A DNA stretch of 64,000 bases from positions 257,948-321,947 of the forward strand of contig NIVC01000981.1 of the NCBI GenBank assembly GCA_002269645.1, given 5' to 3'. The position numbers were made by a program, and so were the translations under genes. This stretch comes from Macrostomum lignano. Taxonomy: Eukaryota. Shown piece by piece: positions 58,090 to 64,000 of the stretch (position 1 is the first letter of the stretch; the number at the start of each line of letters is the position of its first letter). The notes under the pieces are model-generated. The model was not told the origin of the DNA and ran no database searches. It saw only the letters and a program-made list of their open reading frames with translations.

Positions 58090-61000
58090 TGGCGTCGCAA
58101 GCCATAGCACTATCGCCACCTGGCACCTTCGATGCAGAAGGTGAGCCGCATACCATCGCACAAAAGTGGAAAAATTGGACTCGGCGCTTTGAGAGCTACC
58201 TTGTCGCGGCCGGCATCAAAGATGAAAATCAAGCTCAAGAAATCCTACTCTACTCAGCCGGCGAATTCATCCACTCGCTCGTCGAAGACAACAGCATTGC
58301 ACGAGGCGAATCAGCCAAGAAACTAGCAGAAAACATTCAAAGCCACCTGGACAAGAAAAACAACATCGTCTTCCTACGATACATGTTTGAGACCTGCCGA
58401 CAGCTAGAGGGCGAAGGAATCGATGCCTGGTATGTCCGACTGAAGAAACTGGCGGAGCCATGCAAGTTCGGCGACTTGAGCAACTCGCTAATTCGGGACA
58501 AGATTGTGGCGTACTGCCGGTCTGAGAAAATGCGGCGCGATCTGCTCCAGTCAGGCGACATCAGCCTGGCTGACACGCTGACCAAGATCCGCGCCAGAGA
58601 AACAGCGGAGCGACAGGCGCAAGCAATGGAGCTCGGCAGCCGACCGGTGCCGGAGGACGTGGCAGCAGTGAGCAGCAGCGGCCGCGGTTCGAGAGCGGCA
58701 GACGGAAAGTCGCAGGTCACCTGCAACCGGTGCGGCAGACAAGGGCATGCTGAATGCGACACCGCCCGGGGCAAGTCCTGCAGGAAATGCGGCAAAATCG
58801 GACATTTCGCCCGTGCGTGCAGGTCCAGTAAGGCCGGCCAGCTCAACGCCATCCCGAGCGAGCAGGAGAACGTGACCTACCTGCTGGACAAAGACTCAGC
58901 TCCAGTCCAGGAGGGAATCTTCCACGTGGCCAGTGATCCGGCGTCAGCGAGAGTGACCGCTCAAATCGGCGGCACCTCCATGGACATCCTTATCGACAGC
59001 GGGGCCGGTTGCAACATCATGGACGTCAGCAGTTTCAATGGCCTGCCACACCGACCCCCACTGCAGCCAGCCAGCAGCCAGCTGTTTGCCTACGGAAGCT
59101 CGCACCCACTGAAGCTGGTCGGCAAGGTGACTCTGCCTGTAAATGTTTTTGGTGTCTCCAGAGACGCGCCCTTTTTTATATTCGACGGCAGGGGCGCGAC
59201 GGTCCTCGGCAGAAAATCTGCAATCGAAATGGACATCCTCCGTATCGGCCCGCCCAGCAGTCAGCCGACACCCGAGGTTCTCGCCGTCCACCGATCAGAG
59301 GGCCTCATCGACCAACTGCTCAAAGGAAATCGACTAGCGGACGAAGGCCTCCCAGAGCAACTGCAGCTGAGCCACATCCTCACCAAGCACGCTCAGGTTT
59401 TCAGCGGCATCGGATGCGTCAAGAACTACACGGCAACGATCCACCTGACGGAGGACGCCAGGCCGGTCTGCCACGCGCCCTCAAGGGTTCCTGTCCACCT
59501 GGCCGCAGCGGTCGACAAGGAGCTCAAGCTGCTCGAGGACCTAGACATCATCGAGCCTGTCAACGGCCCGGCACCCTGGGTGGCTCGGATGGTCGTGGTG
59601 CCAAAGGCGCAGACCGGCGAAGTTCGAATCACCCAGGACCTCCGAGATGTCAACAGGTTTGTCATCAGGGAGCGACATCAAATCCCAACTTTCGAGGAGG
59701 TGACTGGGTGCATGGCAGGCGCCAAAGTCTTCTCGGAGCTGGATGTTGCCAAGGCTTTCTACCAGATCCTTGTGGCGGAAAGCTGCAGGAACCTGCTGAC
59801 CTTCTCGACACCACGGGGGCTGCGACGGCTCAAGCGGTTGTGCATGGGCCTCTCCACGGCTCAGGAAATCCTCCAAGTCGTCATGTCAGGCATCCTGGCT
59901 GGACTCGACAAGGTCAAGTGGATTCATGACGACATCGTTGTTTTCGGGAACTCCTTGGAGGAGCACAACAGGAATCTGGCAGCATGCCTCGCCCGCCTCC
60001 AGCAGCACGGCGTCACGCTCAATCCCGGAAAGTGCAAGCTAGCCAGAGACAAGATCACATTCATGGGCATGCAGCTCTCAGCCAGTGGAGTGCAGCCCAC
60101 CGAAGACAAGATCGAGACAGTCAAGGCATTCAAGGCTCCAGAGACCACCAGCCAGGTGAGGTCATTTCTAGGCCTTGTCAACTACCTGGCTGTGTTCACA
60201 CCGCAGCTGTCAAAAATCGCTGAGCCACTGCGGCGCCTGACGAAGAAAGGCGCGGTCTGGAGATGGAGCGAAGCTGAAGACGCCGCTTTCAAGCAGCTGA
60301 AACAGCAGATCACGGAAGCCGGCGCCCTTAGCTTCTTCGACCAGAGACTGCGAACCGAGCTCATAGTCGACGCCGGTCCGAGGGGACTCGGAGCCATCTT
60401 GGCGCAGCGGCGAGAAGATGGCACTTCAAGACCAGTGGCCTATGCCAGCCGGTCGCTCTCCGATGTAGAGTCCAGATACTCACAGACCGAAAAGGAGGCG
60501 CTGGCAGTGAAATTCGGATGTCTCCGATTCCAATACTACCTGCACGGCGCACCTCGATTCGATGTGATCACGGACCACAGGCCGTTGGTCAACATGCTGG
60601 CGCCAGGGTCGAGGCCGCCTCCTAGAGTCGAGCGAATGGCTCTGCAGATTCAGCACATGAACTTCAAGGTGGTGTATCGCCCAGGGCCCCAGAATGCGGC
60701 AGAAATCCTCAGCCGACAACCGCTAGCGACATCCGGGCACAACAAAGATGCACAGCAGAACTCCGCCAGCATCGGCGCGGTACTGCAGGCCGCGGTGCCG
60801 AGAGCGCTCACAGTAGAGGACATCAGGCGGCACTCGCAGGCTGACCCGCTGATCAAAGCCGCAATCGCCGCCATCCAGGGAGCCAGGTGGGACCTCGGCC
60901 ACCCGGAGCTGAGGTCACTGTATGCACTACGAGACGAGCTTGCTGAGGAGGACGGAGTGCTGCTTCGGCGGGACAGGATTGTGGTGCCAAGCAGCCTCCG

Positions 61001-62087
61001 GGAGACAATGTTGCGCCTCGCACATGCCGGACACCTGGGACTGCGGAAGACACTGGCCAGGCTGAGCAGCAAAGTCTGGTGGCCAAAGATGAGCGCAGAT
61101 GCAGACAAGGCCGTCAGCAGTTGCCGCAGCTGCATCATGACATCACATAAGCCGACAGTCAGCGCGACGCCACTGCAGTCGTCCAGCATCCCCAAGGGCG
61201 CCTGGCTGTCGATTGGCGCCGACTTCCTCGGTCCGGTGCAGAACAAGATGCTGCTCGTCTGCGTGGATCACTACTCCCGGTATCCCGAGGTGCAGGTCAT
61301 GCAGTCTACTACAGCGGAGGCAGTCATCCCGAAGCTGCGGGAATCATTCTGCAGGTTCGGCATCCCAGAGGAGCTCGTTACGGACAATGGGCCTCCATTC
61401 TCGTCGGCGCAGTTCAAGGATTTCCTCAGGAGCTTCGGAATTCGACACCGGGCCATCACTCCGCTCTACCCTGCGGCCAACGGCATGACCGAGCGCCTGA
61501 ACAGATCGATCAACAAGGTCGTCCGCGCTGCAATCGCGGAGAGCAGGGACTGGCGCGAGGCTCTGGACGAGTGGATTCTGGCGTACCGGACGGCGCCACA
61601 CGCCACAACCGGACGCGCACCCGCGGAGCTGCTGATGGGCCGCGCTTTGGGCAACGGCGTCCCCGGCCGGCGGCCACCAGCGCGGGTGCGCATCAACGAC
61701 AAGGAGCTGCGGGAGCACGACCGCAAGCAGAAGCTGACGATGAAGCGGCACGCCGACGCTGCTCGAAGACCAAGAGAGCACAACTACGCGGTCGGCGACC
61801 AGGTGCTGCGGAAACGCGTCAACCCGCTGAAGGGCCAAACCCCATTTGAGAGCGAGCCCTGGACTGTGACCAAAGTGCAAGGCAACTCGCTGCAGCTACG
61901 GCGCGGTCAGGCCACTTGTCGGCGACACTGCACGGCCCTGAAGGCGCTGCCACCGGAGCCCGACCTGGTGGAGCCGCAGGCGGCGGCACCCGACGCTGCC
62001 GGCCCCGCCGACGTCGAGCAGAACGTGCCGATCGCCCGCACCCCGCATCCGAGAGCGGCGAAGGGGGGATTCAAAGTCTACACTTGA
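58089..62087 (+). CDS. Gag-Pol polyprotein (single ORF, about 1332 aa)
   Basis: Gag PPGTFD...WKNWTRRFESYL; knuckles CNRCGRQGHAEC and CRKCGKIGHFARAC; protease LIDSGAGCNI; RT RITQDLRDVN and WIHDDIVV; RNase H LIVDAGPRGLGAIL, YSQTEKEALAV, ITDHRPL; integrase HAGH..CRSC, GADFLGP, LVTDNGPPF, ANGMTER. Confidence 0.96.
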   Translation: MASQAIALSPPGTFDAEGEPHTIAQKWKNWTRRFESYLVAAGIKDENQAQEILLYSAGEFIHSLVEDNSIARGESAKKLAENIQSHLDKKNNIVFLRYMFETCRQLEGEGIDAWYVRLKKLAEPCKFGDLSNSLIRDKIVAYCRSEKMRRDLLQSGDISLADTLTKIRARETAERQAQAMELGSRPVPEDVAAVSSSGRGSRAADGKSQVTCNRCGRQGHAECDTARGKSCRKCGKIGHFARACRSSKAGQLNAIPSEQENVTYLLDKDSAPVQEGIFHVASDPASARVTAQIGGTSMDILIDSGAGCNIMDVSSFNGLPHRPPLQPASSQLFAYGSSHPLKLVGKVTLPVNVFGVSRDAPFFIFDGRGATVLGRKSAIEMDILRIGPPSSQPTPEVLAVHRSEGLIDQLLKGNRLADEGLPEQLQLSHILTKHAQVFSGIGCVKNYTATIHLTEDARPVCHAPSRVPVHLAAAVDKELKLLEDLDIIEPVNGPAPWVARMVVVPKAQTGEVRITQDLRDVNRFVIRERHQIPTFEEVTGCMAGAKVFSELDVAKAFYQILVAESCRNLLTFSTPRGLRRLKRLCMGLSTAQEILQVVMSGILAGLDKVKWIHDDIVVFGNSLEEHNRNLAACLARLQQHGVTLNPGKCKLARDKITFMGMQLSASGVQPTEDKIETVKAFKAPETTSQVRSFLGLVNYLAVFTPQLSKIAEPLRRLTKKGAVWRWSEAEDAAFKQLKQQITEAGALSFFDQRLRTELIVDAGPRGLGAILAQRREDGTSRPVAYASRSLSDVESRYSQTEKEALAVKFGCLRFQYYLHGAPRFDVITDHRPLVNMLAPGSRPPPRVERMALQIQHMNFKVVYRPGPQNAAEILSRQPLATSGHNKDAQQNSASIGAVLQAAVPRALTVEDIRRHSQADPLIKAAIAAIQGARWDLGHPELRSLYALRDELAEEDGVLLRRDRIVVPSSLRETMLRLAHAGHLGLRKTLARLSSKVWWPKMSADADKAVSSCRSCIMTSHKPTVSATPLQSSSIPKGAWLSIGADFLGPVQNKMLLVCVDHYSRYPEVQVMQSTTAEAVIPKLRESFCRFGIPEELVTDNGPPFSSAQFKDFLRSFGIRHRAITPLYPAANGMTERLNRSINKVVRAAIAESRDWREALDEWILAYRTAPHATTGRAPAELLMGRALGNGVPGRRPPARVRINDKELREHDRKQKLTMKRHADAARRPREHNYAVGDQVLRKRVNPLKGQTPFESEPWTVTKVQGNSLQLRRGQATCRRHCTALKALPPEPDLVEPQAAAPDAAGPADVEQNVPIARTPHPRAAKGGFKVYT

Positions 62088-62362
62088 TTGAGGGGGGGGG
62101 GGTGATTTGATAGTCTTGAAATCCGTCGCAACTGTTTAAAAATGTTTGAAACTGTTAAATGTCTTTTGTAACCTTTTGCGTTTTTTTCGTTTCTCGAAAT
62201 GCTTTTATTCCGGCTGCGTCCGTTGTTTTTTTTTTATTCAATGGTCAGCGGCAACCAATATTTTATTTCCCCTGCAATCGGTATGTCGTTCGAGTCTCCC
62301 CGCGCTTCGAATGCAAGCATCGAGTTTTCAAAAGTGATTTTCTTTTCTGCGTTGAGGAGAGA

Positions 62363-62603
62363 TGTGAGCCATTGATTTGCTATAGAGCGCCCACCCCATT
62401 TTTCCGGGTCCGTACGTCAGCCGGCTTTCTCTCTCTATCTCTCGCCCCCTTATCTGTACTCGTAGTAAGCAAAGTGTACATTTACGACCACCACCCCACG
62501 CAATGCAGTAGCCGACTAAATATTAAATAAATAACATCGTCTCGCCCACTGTGGCTTTCGTGCTTCTTCGTGCAACTGCCAAATCATGCATTAAACTCTT
62601 ACA
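62363..62603 (+). repeat. 3' LTR (241 bp)
   Basis: Identical to the 5' LTR; preceded by GAGGAGAGA polypurine tract and followed by the TSD GAATG. Confidence 0.97.
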
Positions 62604-62764
62604 GAATGAAAATCTATAAGCCTAGTTTGAAAGTTCAGTGTCAAGTCAGTTTACGTCGACGCTGATAAGAATCCACTTGCAAAGCATCTGTAGTAAGTAA
62701 TAATTGACGGACCAACTTCACAAGCAATCAAAACAAGCAAGCAGACAAGAAAATATTCTAATTC

Positions 62765-63075
62765 GGCAAGTTAAAACCTTGCAATTGTGATTGCGAATTT
62801 CTAGGAAGCAGACATCAAAATTCCGCAAGCAAAGTTCGGCAAGCAAAGTTCCTGCAAGCAAACTTCGGCAAGCAAAGTTCGGCAAGCAAAGTTCGGCAAG
62901 CAAAGTTCGGCAAGCAAAGTTCGGCAAGCAAAGTTCGGCTAGCAAAATTCCGCAAGCAAAGCTCGGCAAGCAAAGTTCGGCAAGCAAAATTCCGCAAGCA
63001 AAGCTCGGCAAGCAAAGTTCGGCAAGCAAAATTCCTGCAAGCAAACTTCGGCAAGCAAACTTCTCGCAAGCAAAC
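62765..63075 (-). repeat. Right arm: 14-bp tandem array (GCAAGCAAAGTTCG), inverted relative to 57417-57612
   Basis: Direct inspection. Confidence 0.85.
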
Positions 63076-64000
63076 GTCGTACTCCCGATTTCTCAAGACT
63101 TCCTGCAGGTCTCACAGAAGCACTTAATTCTCTGCTAGGGCTGCAAAAATGCGAGAATCTAATTGGCTGCGGAGTTCAGCCTACTAGCCTAAGAGTAGTC
63201 AGCATTTGGTGTGACAACATGATTTTTGGCTGTTCAAAGGGGTATGGGCTCCCGTGCCCGTAGACGTTGGGGCCTATGGATCCAATCAGGATGTTGTACA
63301 TCCCCCTCTGATCGTAGCAGCACACAGAGCTTGCAGGCGATTTCACCCCTGGCCTCTAATTGCGCCCACTCCACATTTGATTAAACCTTCTCGGTGGCTG
63401 CATAAGAATACTTTGAGGGCATGTATAAATTAAGTTGGTTTTGGGCGACGCAACACTCATTCGGTGGCTGTCTACAAGTCTCACGCTTGAGGAAACCGCG
63501 ATCACCCGATGCTGATTGGACGGGACGGGCAGCAGCTTTAGCAGGAGACTCTGAGTAGGGTGGCGAATCCTTTCTGGGATCCCACTTGGGGTAAAAGAAC
63601 AGACGTACAGCATGCTACTGGGGCATTAGTATAATTTGTTTCGAGAAGTTTACGGAGCGCGTCTCTGATGGACTGCTCTCTTACAAATACTCTTTCCGGC
63701 ACCAAGGCCACATTTGAAACCTATATTTTAATACCAGTGGCAGTCTTCAAAGATTTCATTAAATAAAATGAGTTAAGAGCAAGTCAATTAATGCATGGCT
63801 CTTTTATTTGGTTTGTCAATCGTACGACTGAATAAAGAGAGGAGGGTAAAACTATGGCAGTTGGCTCCTGTATGATTTCAATGCAGACTAAAAAAGTTTA
63901 TACATACGGAGCTACCCAGGTTGTGAAGGCGGCGAGATATGAGTTTACACAGAGTATGATTAACGAAGGACACGGTGGAAACCTGATTTTTTTAGATGAA

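Larger units (their letters stand above)
57849..62603 (+). mobile_element. Full-length Ty3/Gypsy LTR retrotransposon, Mag-like
   Basis: Two 241-bp LTRs (TG...CA) identical by eye, 5-bp TSD GAATG at 57844-57848 and 62604-62608, PBS-like TGGCG directly after the 5' LTR, purine tract before the 3' LTR, single intact gag-pol ORF with order PR-RT-RH-IN. Confidence 0.97.

Noticed and set aside
58132-61880. Many overlapping antisense and alternative-frame ORFs in the retrotransposon
   Set aside because: Expected shadows of a GC-rich coding sequence; no env-like or other domain seen
63200-63660. Possible decayed retroelement (PMLIGRDG protease-like tail)
   Set aside because: Too short and interrupted to support a call

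Overview
Metazoan (invertebrate) genomic DNA. A large part of the window is microsatellite or minisatellite, and nearly all long ORFs in the supplied track between 0.8 and 34 kb are translation artefacts of those repeats. Supported content: (1) A complete 13-exon minus-strand gene (49827->34604, 4944 nt CDS, 1647 aa, all GT-AG junctions phase-consistent) for a Macroglobulin complement-related (Mcr/TEP6-like) protein. It has a signal peptide, an LDLa module, a dead thioester (GAAEN instead of GCGEQ) and a C-terminal hydrophobic anchor. Most of its introns are filled with tandem repeats, two of which contain copies of the gene's own splice sites. (2) A small divergent orphan gene with a c-Myc-type NLS (51992-52713). 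(3) An intronless, divergent Cys-loop ligand-gated ion channel (54957-56156). (4) An intact, very recent Ty3/Gypsy (Mag-like) LTR retrotransposon (57849-62603) with identical 241-bp LTRs and a GAATG TSD. Its gag ATG is formed at the LTR/PBS junction, and it sits between two inverted 14-bp repeat arrays (foldback-like). (5) A signal-peptide exon of another minus-strand gene at about 10.7 kb, decayed LINE RT fragments, tRNA-derived SINE-like heads and many satellites. The repeat load and gene style resemble a free-living flatworm such as Macrostomum, but that is unverified inference. I found no clearly new multi-gene system; the best leads are splice-site-containing minisatellites, the orphan channel, the orphan NLS gene and the retroelement architecture.
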